A stretch of 64,000 nt of DNA from Desulfatiglandales bacterium. GTDB lineage: Bacteria > Desulfobacterota > DSM-4660 > Desulfatiglandales > HGW-15. The translations under genes and the position numbers were made by a program. Shown piece by piece: positions 19,379 to 29,520 of this stretch. The notes under the pieces were generated by a model. It was not told the origin of the DNA. It did no database searches and saw only the letters and a program-made list of their open reading frames with translations. Numbering within the stretch: the first letter of the stretch is position 1; each line of letters begins with the position of its first letter. The DNA lies in NCBI GenBank assembly GCA_963667015.2, contig CAXXJJ010000004.1, positions 608,001-672,000 of the forward strand. Reading direction: 5' to 3'.

Positions 19379-20962
19379 ATGTGTGGTATAGCAGGCTGTA
19401 TAGGCCGAAAAGATGTGGAAACAGTCAACAGGATGCTCGATGCACTTGAACACCGGGGACCCGACGACAGGGGAGTTCATATCAACGGTAAAAGTGTATT
19501 CGGTCATACCCGCCTTTCGATCGTAGATGTTGCAAATGGTCATCAGCCGATAATCTCAAATGGCGGAACCCAGGGAATTATCTGCAATGGTGAAGTTTAC
19601 AATTATAGAAAAATCAAAAAAAGACTGGAAAATAAATATTCCTTTCAGACAGATTCCGACTCTGAAACAATTCTGCACCTTTATGAAGAAAAAGGACCTG
19701 ACTGCGTAAAGGACCTGGACGGAATGTTTGCCTTTGCCATCTTCGATGATGACAACTTTATGATGGCAAGGGATCCTATTGGTATTAAACCCCTGTATTA
19801 TGGTTATAAACATGGCAATCTCTATTTCACTTCCGAACTGGGAGCCATGTCCCTTGCAGGTCTTGATGAGGTGCACGAATTCCCTGCAGGTCACTATTAT
19901 ACGCCGAAGGAAGGTTTTGTAGAATTTTACAGAACCCCGGATATTGAGGACAGGCTGCTGACAGACATTGAAGAGGCAAGCGGCATTATACGGGACACCT
20001 TTATCAGGGCAGTAAAAAAACGATTACTGTCAGATCCTGACATCCACGTAGGTTCATTCTGCAGCGGCGGACTTGACAGCAGTCTCGTGGCAGCTATTGC
20101 GGCAGATGAAATACCGAATCTGCACACATTCGTGGTTGGCATGAAGGATGATAATGGTGAATTGAGCGATGATATCAAGGCTTCCAGGATAGCTGCGGAT
20201 TATATCGGATCAAATCATCATGAACTGGTGTTTACCGAAGATGAATATTATAACGCCCTTCCCAGGGTTATCGAAAAACTTGAAACATATGACCCGTCCC
20301 TGGTCCGATGTGCTGTACCCTGCTATTTCACATGTAAACTCGCTGCTGATTATGTAACGGTTGTATTAACCGGCGAAGGAGCAGATGAGATTTTTACAGG
20401 CTATCACTATATGAAGCATTTCTCCCGCGAAAAGCTGAATATGGAGGCTCGCCGCTGTATAAATAACCTGCATAATATAAATCTGCAAAGGGCTGACAGG
20501 ATGGGAATGCTCTTCAGTCTTGAGCTCAGGGTTCCGTTTCTTGATGAAGAAATGATTGCCCTCTCAATGAAAATTCCTCCCGAATTAAAAATCAGAGAAC
20601 ATAACAATGCCAAGATAGAAAAATGGATTTTAAGAAAGGCCTTTGAGGATACAGGTTATCTCCCCCAGGAGATACTCTGGAGATACAAGGTACAGTATAC
20701 GCAGGGCGCGGGTTGTGAGAGCCTTGGTGAAAAGCTGGCCCATAAACAGATAAGTGAAGACGAATATCAGAAAATCAAGGCGGAAAATCCCAATGCAGTT
20801 ATCAACAGCCGGGAAGCCGCCTTTTACTACAAGATCTTCAGGGAGTTTCACCCCCAGGATTCCATACTTGGTTCAATAGGCATATGGACCGGGTTTGATT
20901 TTGCCGAGGAACGTGAAAAAGTAACGGGCACGGTTGATGGCGAACTGAAGCATGACCTTTAA
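19379..20962 (+). CDS. asnB: Asparagine synthetase B-like glutamine amidotransferase
   Basis: MCGIAG (Ntn Cys), HRGPD, SGGLDSS, TGEGADE, ELRVPFLD. Confidence 0.88.
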   Translation: MCGIAGCIGRKDVETVNRMLDALEHRGPDDRGVHINGKSVFGHTRLSIVDVANGHQPIISNGGTQGIICNGEVYNYRKIKKRLENKYSFQTDSDSETILHLYEEKGPDCVKDLDGMFAFAIFDDDNFMMARDPIGIKPLYYGYKHGNLYFTSELGAMSLAGLDEVHEFPAGHYYTPKEGFVEFYRTPDIEDRLLTDIEEASGIIRDTFIRAVKKRLLSDPDIHVGSFCSGGLDSSLVAAIAADEIPNLHTFVVGMKDDNGELSDDIKASRIAADYIGSNHHELVFTEDEYYNALPRVIEKLETYDPSLVRCAVPCYFTCKLAADYVTVVLTGEGADEIFTGYHYMKHFSREKLNMEARRCINNLHNINLQRADRMGMLFSLELRVPFLDEEMIALSMKIPPELKIREHNNAKIEKWILRKAFEDTGYLPQEILWRYKVQYTQGAGCESLGEKLAHKQISEDEYQKIKAENPNAVINSREAAFYYKIFREFHPQDSILGSIGIWTGFDFAEEREKVTGTVDGELKHDL

Positions 20963-21068
20963 AAAAAGAAAAGTAAATTAATACAATCGATCAATAATTT
21001 TTTCTGTGTTCATTTCAGGAAATATATAATTTCAATGACGAAAAAACACTCAAAGGAGAGGAAACAAA

Positions 21069-22400
21069 ATGGCACTGGAAACCTACTATAAATATATTGT
21101 CATAGGAGCCGGAATACATGGCCTCAGCACGGCCTATCATCTGGCTCTGGAGCTTGAAGCAAAAAAAAGAGGAACAGGAAAGGATATCCTTCTTATTGAT
21201 AAATCGGCAATAGGCGCCGGTGCGTCAGGAATCGCCTGCGGTGTTATCCGCAATAACTACTATCAGCCTGCAATGCAGGAATTGATCTCACACAGTGTGG
21301 GTGTCTGGGAACAGGACGCAGAGGGATACGGATACCTTCCTGTCGGTTACATGCAGATTTCTCCGGAATCAATGCATGAAGATGTAAACGACATATATGA
21401 AAGGCAGAAAAATATCGGCTACGAGTCAGAGTTTATAGAAGGTGAAAAAGACTGCCTTAAATACATGAGAGATTATATTTTTGAAGACTGGCAGGCACAG
21501 GGTACAACCTCTATCCTTCACGAAAAAAAAGGCGGATATGCCAATAACACAAAGGCTCTTTATCGTCTTGCCGATAAGGCGGAACACCTGGGTGTGAGAA
21601 TACTGACAGGATGCGAGGTAATCGGTTTTGACACTAACGGATGTATTAGTGGAGTTGAAACAACAAAGGGCCATTTCAAATGCGATTATACAATAATCGG
21701 CGCAGGTCCATGGGCAAACAGGTTCTGGCAGATGCTGGGGTTTCCGGATACTATAGATGTTAAGGGTCTTGATGGAAAAGTGCACCCTGACATAAAGATG
21801 TGGACCTACTGGTCCTTACAGGAAGGAACCCTCGGTGTTGAACCCGATTACGGATTTAGCAACAGGGGAAGCATGCCTCCGGTTATTCATTTTGATACGG
21901 ATGCCCCCCTCTATTCAAGCGAAGACAACAGCCTGATCACGGAGGACATGTGGGGCATATATTATAAACCGGACTTTCATTTTAACGGTATCCAGGGAGG
22001 GACTACACCGGACCTTGTAACAAGCAGGAGAGTTGCAGTAGACCCATACGGAATTGATTCTCCTGATTTTATTGTAGGACCGGAATTTGCCCATACATGG
22101 ACATCCGCCCTTGCACACTGCCAGAAGAGATATGAAGATAAGTACCTTAGATATAAAAAAGTGCCGTCAGGCGGACTGGGCGCCTTTTCACCGGACAACT
22201 TCCCTATCTTCGATGTATTCAAGGAAAACTGCTACTTCATCGCAGATTCCAGTCACGGCTACAAGATGATAGGGGTTGGTAAGCTTGTGGCAAAAGAAAT
22301 CATGGGAGAAAAACAGAGCCTCCTTGATCCCTTCAGGTTCAAAAGATATGAAACAGGAGAACTTCTGCCGGAATCAAACAGCCCGTTTCCATGGAGTTAA
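21069..22400 (+). CDS. FAD-dependent oxidoreductase (sarcosine oxidase beta / N-methylglutamate dehydrogenase-like)
   Basis: IGAGIHG, GASGIACGVIRNNY, HGYKM. Confidence 0.8.
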   Translation: MALETYYKYIVIGAGIHGLSTAYHLALELEAKKRGTGKDILLIDKSAIGAGASGIACGVIRNNYYQPAMQELISHSVGVWEQDAEGYGYLPVGYMQISPESMHEDVNDIYERQKNIGYESEFIEGEKDCLKYMRDYIFEDWQAQGTTSILHEKKGGYANNTKALYRLADKAEHLGVRILTGCEVIGFDTNGCISGVETTKGHFKCDYTIIGAGPWANRFWQMLGFPDTIDVKGLDGKVHPDIKMWTYWSLQEGTLGVEPDYGFSNRGSMPPVIHFDTDAPLYSSEDNSLITEDMWGIYYKPDFHFNGIQGGTTPDLVTSRRVAVDPYGIDSPDFIVGPEFAHTWTSALAHCQKRYEDKYLRYKKVPSGGLGAFSPDNFPIFDVFKENCYFIADSSHGYKMIGVGKLVAKEIMGEKQSLLDPFRFKRYETGELLPESNSPFPWS

Positions 22401-22430
22401 ACTGTTATAATCTGAAAGTCAGAACCACTG

Positions 22431-23558
22431 ATGATTCAATATAATCAAGTATACAAGACCTTTGGTCACGGGGCTGAGGCTGTAAATGCAGTTGAAAATG
22501 TCTCTTTTAAAATAAAAAAGGGACATCTTGTTGCATTCCTGGGACCATCAGGATGCGGAAAAACCACTCTGCTTAAACTCACAAACCGGCTTATCCCCCT
22601 TACAGGCGGAAGCATAAGCATAAACGATCAGGATATAATGGCATGGAAGGGAGTAAAACTCCGTCAGTCAATGGGATACGCCATACAGGAGATCGGATTA
22701 TTCCCCAACAAAACCGTTTACGGGAATATTGCTGTTGTTCCCCGTCTTTTAAAGTGGGATGAAAAACTGATAAGAGAACGTGTTGAGGAGCTTCTCCTCA
22801 TGATGAGACTGGATCCCGATGCAGTAAGGGACCGCTACCCGGCAGAGCTTTCAGGTGGACAGCAGCAGCGGGTCGGAGTTGCACGCAGTCTTGCTGCCGA
22901 TCCGGACATACTTCTGATGGATGAACCTTTCGGCGCGATCGATCCTATTAACAGGGAAGAAATTCAAAACGAATTTCTTATGGTCCAGGAAAAACTGAAA
23001 AAGACTATTGCCTTTGTAACCCATGATATCCATGAGGCTATAAAGATGGGGGATAAGATTGCCATCTTTCAGGCAGGAAGGCTTATTCAGTATGATACAC
23101 CGGAAATAATCCTGACCAATCCCGTTAACCGGTATATATCTAATTTTGTTGGCTCAGACCGAGCACTCAAATTGCTTGCCCTTAAAAAAGCCTGTGACGC
23201 CACAAAAAAAATCAATCTAAATACTGTAAACGGAGAAAACAGTACCCGGGAGGCCCTGAATAAATTAAAGGACAATAAACTTGATTACCTTATAGTTCTT
23301 GATGAAGACAGACCGGCCGGACATGTAGATGAAGATTCTCTAAAAGGTATTGATACAGCCGTAAAAAAAGCAGCTAAAACCTTTCCAAGGATCATTAATG
23401 AGGGAGAAAGTCTCAGGGATGTACTCTCCTATATGCTGGTGAGCAGGGCCAAATATCTGCCTGTAGTTGATGACCGGGGCATTATATCAGGTACCATCAG
23501 CTACAGAGATGTCCAAACCTGTATCAGGAATATATATGCAAAAAATGATAACAAATAA
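22431..23558 (+). CDS. Osmoprotectant ABC transporter ATP-binding subunit with CBS domains (OpuCA/OsmV-like)
   Basis: GPSGCGKT, LSGGQQQR, MDEPFGA; C-terminal CBS pair. Confidence 0.9.
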   Translation: MIQYNQVYKTFGHGAEAVNAVENVSFKIKKGHLVAFLGPSGCGKTTLLKLTNRLIPLTGGSISINDQDIMAWKGVKLRQSMGYAIQEIGLFPNKTVYGNIAVVPRLLKWDEKLIRERVEELLLMMRLDPDAVRDRYPAELSGGQQQRVGVARSLAADPDILLMDEPFGAIDPINREEIQNEFLMVQEKLKKTIAFVTHDIHEAIKMGDKIAIFQAGRLIQYDTPEIILTNPVNRYISNFVGSDRALKLLALKKACDATKKINLNTVNGENSTREALNKLKDNKLDYLIVLDEDRPAGHVDEDSLKGIDTAVKKAAKTFPRIINEGESLRDVLSYMLVSRAKYLPVVDDRGIISGTISYRDVQTCIRNIYAKNDNK

Positions 23559-23588
23559 AATATCCCTGACGAGAAGGTGTGTGATTAA

Positions 23589-24251
23589 ATGATGAGTGTT
23601 CTGGAGTTTATATATAAAAATTCAGATAGGTGCTGGTCTCTGACCCTGGAACATATATGGATCGTTTTTTTCTCTGTCCTTATCGCGACTGTAATCGCTG
23701 TTCCCGCAGGGATACTGATAACCAGAAACGAGACTATCGCCAGAAAGGTTATCAATACGGCAAATATCCTGATGACAGTGCCTTCAATTGCTCTCTTCGG
23801 ACTCATGCTCCCGTTTTTATCCCTGTTCGGACAGGGCCTTGGAAAGGTGCCGGCCATCATAGCCCTTGTTCTCTATAGCCAGTTACCGATAATAAGAAAC
23901 ACCTATACTGGAATTAAAAATATACCACCATCTCTCATTGAGGCAGGCAGGGGAATTGGAATGGGAAGCTGGACAAGGATGTGGCAGATAGAAATACCTG
24001 TTGCGGTGCCTGTTATCATTGCCGGCCTAAGAACAGCAGCTGTCATGAACATAGGCATAGCCGCAATAGCCGCCTATATAGGTGCAGGCGGACTTGGCGT
24101 CTTTATTCAGCAGGGCATTGCCAGAGTATATGATGAAATGATACTGGCAGGCGCCCTCCTGGTGGCTCTGCTTGCAATTTTTATTGATCTGTTTATGGCC
24201 CTAATTGAGAGGATATTAACCCCAAAAGGCCTTCAGGTATCAAGAGAGTGA
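23589..24251 (+). CDS. Osmoprotectant ABC transporter permease
   Basis: TVPSIAL, PIIRNTYTGI, EAGRGIGM, IGAGGLG. Confidence 0.9.
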   Translation: MMSVLEFIYKNSDRCWSLTLEHIWIVFFSVLIATVIAVPAGILITRNETIARKVINTANILMTVPSIALFGLMLPFLSLFGQGLGKVPAIIALVLYSQLPIIRNTYTGIKNIPPSLIEAGRGIGMGSWTRMWQIEIPVAVPVIIAGLRTAAVMNIGIAAIAAYIGAGGLGVFIQQGIARVYDEMILAGALLVALLAIFIDLFMALIERILTPKGLQVSRE

Positions 24252-24997
24252 AACAAATGAAGGGAATAACAGCAAAGGCCTACAGTTTTATACTGCTTCT
24301 AATACTTCTTGCAGCAGGTGTATCTCTGGAAAGGACGGGCCTGATTAAATACCTTTCCGATCCATTTGAGATGCATTTCACCTTAAGTCTTATTAATCAG
24401 CATGTAAACATGGTGCTTGCAAGCATGTCCATTGCGACACTGATCGGGCTGTCAACGGGAATAATATTTACCCGGCCCCGGCTTAAAAAATATTCCGGTG
24501 TTGTGATGTATATTGTCGGTCTCGGTCAGACTGTTCCGTCACTTGCAGTTATTGCACTGGCAATGAGTTTTATCGGCATTGGTTTTAAGGCGGCTGTTTT
24601 TGCACTGTGCATATATTCCATACTCCCTATTGCAAGAAATACGCTTGCAGGTATTTCTTCGGTTCCATCATGGATCATTGATGCAGCCAGGGGAATGGGT
24701 ATGCCGAAATATAAGATCCTGTTTCAGATAGAAATACCCAATGCAATGAAGGTTATACTTACAGGATTCAGGGTTGCACTGATAATAAATATCGGGACCG
24801 CTGCCCTTGCCTTCCTTATTGGCGCCGGAGGGTTGGGAGATCATATATTTACGGGTATTTCTCTCATGAGAATGGATAAACTCCTTGCAGGTGCGATACC
24901 CATAACACTGCTTGCCCTTTTTGCCGATTACCTGTGTGAACTTCTCGGTCTCTTAATAGTACCAAAGGGCCTAAGGCTTAGTGAAAAAACAAACTAA
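24248..24997 (+). CDS. Osmoprotectant ABC transporter permease
   Basis: QTVPSLA, DAARGMGM, IGAGGLG; GTGA overlap. Confidence 0.9.
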   Translation: MKQMKGITAKAYSFILLLILLAAGVSLERTGLIKYLSDPFEMHFTLSLINQHVNMVLASMSIATLIGLSTGIIFTRPRLKKYSGVVMYIVGLGQTVPSLAVIALAMSFIGIGFKAAVFALCIYSILPIARNTLAGISSVPSWIIDAARGMGMPKYKILFQIEIPNAMKVILTGFRVALIINIGTAALAFLIGAGGLGDHIFTGISLMRMDKLLAGAIPITLLALFADYLCELLGLLIVPKGLRLSEKTN

Positions 24998-25011
24998 AAA
25001 GGAAAATTGTT

Positions 25012-25926
25012 ATGTTTAAATTAAAAAAGATCTCCTTTTACATACTGTTAACATTATTTCTTCTTGCATCATTTTCTTCTGCTGCTTCTGCTGAAAAGAA
25101 AATCGTGCTGGGCGGCAAAAATTTTACTGAGCAGTATATCCTTTCAGAAGCAGCAGGAATTCTCTTAGAAAAAAACGGTTTTAATGTTGAAATGAGAAAT
25201 GGTGTGGGTTCAACGGTTGCAAGACAATCCCTGGAAAACGGACAGATCGATCTGTACTATGAATATACGGGAACCGCCTATACCATATATCACAAGCAGA
25301 ATGATAAAGGCATTATGACTGATCGTGAGAAATGCTACGACTGGGTAAATAAAGCCGATGCTGCAAAAGGCCTTCTATGGCTCGATCCGGTCATGTTCAA
25401 TAACACATACACATTATTAATGAGAAAAATCCAGGCTGAAAAGCTTGGTATCAGGAGCATCAGTGACCTGGGGAAATTTATTAATAAAAACAGTAAAAAG
25501 CTTGTAATTGGTGTGGGTGCGGAGTTCTGGGAAAGGCCGGATGGATTTAAACCACTCATGAAACTGTATGGCTTCAGTATCCCGTACAGCAACCTTAAGA
25601 AGATGGATGACGGCCTTGTCTACAAGGCCTTAAAGGATAAACAGGTAGATGTATCCATGGGATTTGCAACTGACGGCAGGATATCCTCATTCGGGTTTGT
25701 AGTGCTTAAGGATGACAAGGCATATTTCCCTGTGTACAACCCGGTTCCGGTTGTGCGCAGGCCTGTGCTGGATAAATATCCTGAAATAAGAGGTATACTA
25801 AGACCTCTTTCGGAAAAACTGACCACAATGGAAATGCAGCATCTGAATGCCCTTGTTGATATTGAACACAGGGAACTCCGTGAAGTAGTAGAGGAGTGGC
25901 TTAAGGGAAAAGGGATCTTTGAATAA
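25012..25926 (+). CDS. Glycine betaine/choline-type ABC substrate-binding protein
   Basis: Signal peptide, GKNFTEQ, YEYTGT, FNNTY, FPVY. Confidence 0.9.
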   Translation: MFKLKKISFYILLTLFLLASFSSAASAEKKIVLGGKNFTEQYILSEAAGILLEKNGFNVEMRNGVGSTVARQSLENGQIDLYYEYTGTAYTIYHKQNDKGIMTDREKCYDWVNKADAAKGLLWLDPVMFNNTYTLLMRKIQAEKLGIRSISDLGKFINKNSKKLVIGVGAEFWERPDGFKPLMKLYGFSIPYSNLKKMDDGLVYKALKDKQVDVSMGFATDGRISSFGFVVLKDDKAYFPVYNPVPVVRRPVLDKYPEIRGILRPLSEKLTTMEMQHLNALVDIEHRELREVVEEWLKGKGIFE

Positions 25927-25936
25927 AGGAGATAAT

Positions 25937-26872
25937 ATGAAAGTAGCCGTTTATCAAACCAGTCCAAAACTTCTGGATCTGAGGGCCAATCTGGAAGATG
26001 TAATAGAAAAGATCAGAGACGGGCAAAATAATGGTGCCAGCCTGATAGTTTTTCCTGAACTGGCATTGACAGGATATTTTGTAGGCCAGAGATTTCATGA
26101 AGTGGCATTAAGACTTGATTCAAAGGAAATCAGACAGATTGTAGACGCAACAAAGGGAACCGCTGCAGTAGTGGGCTTCATAGAAGAATCTCCTTCAATG
26201 AATTTTTATAATTCAGCACTGGTTGCAGAAAACGGCAAACTACTTTTTACCTACAGGAAGCTTAATCTGCCAAATTATGGGGTGTTTGAAGAGAGAAAGC
26301 TGTTTGCATCAGGAAAGCAAGTCCCGGTGTTTAAACTTAATGATTACAACATAGCCGTCTTTATATGCAATGACCTGTGGCATCCGAGCCTGCCCTATCT
26401 GGGAGTAACCCAGAAGGCTGATATATTTGTTAGTATTTTCAATTCAAGCCAGGGCTCAATGGGTGAGGAGTTCAGCAATATTGAAAGCTGGTCAATCATT
26501 AACAGTTTTTATTCAAGGATATTCGGTGTCTATAACATATGCGCCAACCGTGTAGGAGAGGAGTCGTTGAAAGAAAGACGCAGCTCAGACAGTAATATAA
26601 TAGGGGGGGCAGGACCTGATAGTGAAGAATGCAGGGAAGATATAATAACATACAGCTTCTGGGGGGGAAGTGAAATACTGAATCCCTTTGGCAAGCACCT
26701 GGCAAATGCAGCCCTTCATAAAGAGGACTGTATCTCTGCCGAACTTGAAAAAGACATTCTCAGAAAAAAGAAAATCCTTCTTCCATACCTGCGAAATGAT
26801 GACCCCTATTTTACTCATCGCGAACTTCAACGAATTCTTTATGAAAGCAGCCCGAAGAAAATAGAAAAATGA
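25937..26872 (+). CDS. Carbon-nitrogen hydrolase (nitrilase superfamily)
   Basis: E-K-C triad: FPEL, YRK.NLPNYGVF, ICNDLW; AGGAG RBS before 25937. Confidence 0.85.
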   Translation: MKVAVYQTSPKLLDLRANLEDVIEKIRDGQNNGASLIVFPELALTGYFVGQRFHEVALRLDSKEIRQIVDATKGTAAVVGFIEESPSMNFYNSALVAENGKLLFTYRKLNLPNYGVFEERKLFASGKQVPVFKLNDYNIAVFICNDLWHPSLPYLGVTQKADIFVSIFNSSQGSMGEEFSNIESWSIINSFYSRIFGVYNICANRVGEESLKERRSSDSNIIGGAGPDSEECREDIITYSFWGGSEILNPFGKHLANAALHKEDCISAELEKDILRKKKILLPYLRNDDPYFTHRELQRILYESSPKKIEK

Positions 26873-26907
26873 GAGTATTAAAATCAATCTTTTAAGAGGA
26901 GGCATAA

Positions 26908-28365
26908 ATGAATTTATCAGGACTTTCAGGAGGACAGTATAAACCCTTATCACCCGACCAGGTTGAGAAACTGCACGGAGCAGCGCTCTCTATCCTTGAA
27001 AAGACAGGAATGACATTTGAACCGGGATTGGAAGATGTGGCAGAATTACTTGGTTTAAACGGCGCAACCCTGGATATGGAGAAGAGGATTATCAGGTTTT
27101 CTTCTGAAATGATTGCTGAAGCAGTTTCAAAGGCTCCGGAACAGGTTGTTTTGTATGGCCGGAAGGAAGAAAATGACCTCTATTTAGCAAAAGATAAAGT
27201 TCATTTGGGAACCGGAGGCGCTGCAATAAAAATACTGGATCTGGACACCGGGGAAATTCGTCCCACAACACTGGCAGACCTTAAAATGGTTACACAACTG
27301 GTAGACAAACTGGAAAATATTCATTTTCTGGTAAGGCCATGTATTCCAACTGATATTGATAAGGCGGATTACGATATCAACATGTATTATGCATGTCTTT
27401 CCGCAACAGCAAAGCATGTGATGTCAGGCGTCAATGATGAAAAAGGCCTGGCAGATGTAATCAGCATGGCGTCAATGATTGCCGGCGGAAAGGAAAAGCT
27501 CAAGGCAAAACCTTTTATATCAGTGATAACATCCTTTGCGATCAGTCCATTAAAATTATGCACACAATCCACCCGGATAATGCGTGAGGCAGTCAAAGAA
27601 GAGATTCCGGTTGCACTCTCCTGTGCGCCAATGGCAGGGTCTACATCACCCTTAACCATGGCTGGAACCCTGGCTCAGCTGCATGCCGAACAGCTTGCAG
27701 GAGTGGCAATCTGTCAGTTCACCAATCCGGGAGCCCCAATACTTTATGGCGGCATACCCGGAATGGCAAACCTCAAGACAATGGGATACCTGGGAGGAGC
27801 AGTGGAATGCGGAATGATGAACGCCGCTGTTCATCAGTTGGCAGATCATGTAAAGATACCCAATTACAACTCTGCGGGTTTAACCGACTCCAAGGTATCC
27901 GATGGCCAGGCCGCCTATGAGAAGACATTTACAACACTGCTTGCCGCAATGGGTGGATCAAACTATACTCACCATGCAGCAGGCATGCTGGAATCCATGC
28001 TGACTATTGCACATGAACAGTTCGTTATAGATGACGAGATCATAGGAAATGCCTGCAAGGTATTAAAAGGTATCAATTGCGACGAAGAACACCTGGCGCT
28101 TGATGTTATTGAAGAAGTCGGAGCAGGCGGTAATTTCATGATGTCCGCCCATACCATGGAGCATCTGTATGATGAATATTATCAGGGAAACGGTGTGACC
28201 GACCAGAAAGCCCGATCCGGATGGGAAAAGGACGGAAGCCTGGACATCAAAGAGCGGGCACGGAAGATCGCGAAATCAATTCTGGATAAACCTTCAGAGA
28301 GTTATATTCCGGAGGATATTGACAAAGAAATCAGGCAGAAGTTTAAGATTCTTCTGAATCGATAA
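26908..28365 (+). CDS. Trimethylamine methyltransferase (MttB) superfamily, non-pyrrolysine (glycine betaine/quaternary amine:corrinoid MT-like)
   Basis: ISPL, P.T.AG.LAQ..AE.L.G, TDSK..D.QA.YEK, HHAAGMLES; no in-frame TAG. Confidence 0.85.
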   Translation: MNLSGLSGGQYKPLSPDQVEKLHGAALSILEKTGMTFEPGLEDVAELLGLNGATLDMEKRIIRFSSEMIAEAVSKAPEQVVLYGRKEENDLYLAKDKVHLGTGGAAIKILDLDTGEIRPTTLADLKMVTQLVDKLENIHFLVRPCIPTDIDKADYDINMYYACLSATAKHVMSGVNDEKGLADVISMASMIAGGKEKLKAKPFISVITSFAISPLKLCTQSTRIMREAVKEEIPVALSCAPMAGSTSPLTMAGTLAQLHAEQLAGVAICQFTNPGAPILYGGIPGMANLKTMGYLGGAVECGMMNAAVHQLADHVKIPNYNSAGLTDSKVSDGQAAYEKTFTTLLAAMGGSNYTHHAAGMLESMLTIAHEQFVIDDEIIGNACKVLKGINCDEEHLALDVIEEVGAGGNFMMSAHTMEHLYDEYYQGNGVTDQKARSGWEKDGSLDIKERARKIAKSILDKPSESYIPEDIDKEIRQKFKILLNR

Positions 28366-28478
28366 TCGCTTTTTAAATTCCCCTCCCCTGCTTCTTTAGA
28401 GTATTGGAGGGGATTAATCTATCCTGTAACATTGTTTTCCACAGCCTGTGCGTTGCGTCTACAGCCCGATAGACAGCC

Positions 28479-28601
28479 ACAAGGCTTGAATCTTCACTCA
28501 GCAACCGAAAGCACTCCCCATCAATTGCGACAGTTGAAAAATATGCAGATGCACTGGATTGTCATCTGAAAATTAAAGTTACTGCAAACAGCAAAGTCTA
28601 A
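28479..28601 (+). pseudogene. 3' remnant of an XRE/HigA-like HTH regulator
   Basis: Translates TRLESSLSNRKHSPSIATVEKYADALDCHLKIKV...stop; no start codon or N-terminus. Confidence 0.7.
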
Positions 28602-28736
28602 ATAAGGATTTGATTATCGTTACAACTATCAACTTAAGACCTGTAAATTGAGCATAGTTTAGATATTCACAATATATCACAACTTTGATTGAAGTTTAGA
28701 TCATGGCAAGTGATCGGCACCACGACTATTTGGCTA

Positions 28737-28761
28737 ACTGTGAAAAGTGAAGACCTGACAC
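28737..28761 (+). repeat. 25-bp repeat copy 1 (REP-like)
   Basis: ACTGTGAAAAGTGAAGACCTGACAC; 24/25 identical to 35347-35371. Confidence 0.85.
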
Positions 28762-28833
28762 CCTTCTTTGTTGCTCGGTTCTTAGAGGGCTTGGGGATAG
28801 CAATATCCCCCGGCTACCCGGTCTTTCAAATAG

Positions 28834-28864
28834 AAAGGCAAGGTCAACATGAGACCCTGCCTTT
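28834..28864. terminator. Hairpin downstream of the PEP-CTERM gene
   Basis: AAAGGCAAGGTC...GACCCTGCCTTT. Confidence 0.5.
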
Positions 28865-28889
28865 TTATTATTTAATATTTTATAATCCA

Positions 28890-29426
28890 TTATGATTTTT
28901 TGAATTTTCGTTTAAATCCTACAATACTGATTAGTCCAGAACCAAGGAGAAGCATGGTCGCTGGTTCAGGAACAGGGTCAGCTTGAGTTTGTCTTTGATA
29001 TATGAGGTTATCTATATCTAGATCATCGCTGTTATTAAAGATTGATACTCGCATAATATCATTTGTACCATAATCGAGCCCCATAAAGAAAGGAGCTCTT
29101 TCTGACCATGTATATTCTTCAAGAAGAGTATTATTGGTATCGAATAGCGCCATACCAATATTTTGTCCTTTAGTTCTGGTAACATCCACACCAACAGCAC
29201 TAATGGCTTCATTAAAGTCAATGTTTATGGTATGCCAAGTTTGATAGGCACCCGTCACAAACCAACCACCGCTAATTACAAAGTCATTACTATTTGTTGA
29301 TGAAAAATCAAATAAGATGGCGGCACTGTCAAATTCTGACTGATCGATTGGTACAGCGTCTATGGAAAAAGTTACAAATAGTAACATTAGTATTGAAAAT
29401 AAAAATATTCTTTGCATTAGTCCCAT
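28890..29426 (-). CDS. PEP-CTERM sorting domain protein
   Basis: Signal peptide; C-terminal VPEPATMLLLGSGL + TM + KRKFKK. Confidence 0.9.
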   Translation of the reverse strand: MGLMQRIFLFSILMLLFVTFSIDAVPIDQSEFDSAAILFDFSSTNSNDFVISGGWFVTGAYQTWHTINIDFNEAISAVGVDVTRTKGQNIGMALFDTNNTLLEEYTWSERAPFFMGLDYGTNDIMRVSIFNNSDDLDIDNLIYQRQTQADPVPEPATMLLLGSGLISIVGFKRKFKKS

Positions 29427-29503
29427 CCTTTCTTTTGTAATTTATGTTCACTAAATATTTCACTGATATTATAGAGAATGAATTTATATATAGGCATAAT
29501 TTA

Positions 29504-29520
29504 AGCAATCATTATGCCAA
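29504..29520 (-). promoter_or_regulatory. sigma54 (-24/-12) promoter of the PEP-CTERM gene
   Basis: Minus strand TTGGCATAATGATTGCT, GG-N10-GC. Confidence 0.75.

Noticed and set aside
26908..28365. Pyrrolysine-containing MttB
   Set aside because: Full-length ORF with no in-frame TAG
28689..28895. 68-aa ORF
   Set aside because: TTG start, spans repeats and hairpins, no protein motif
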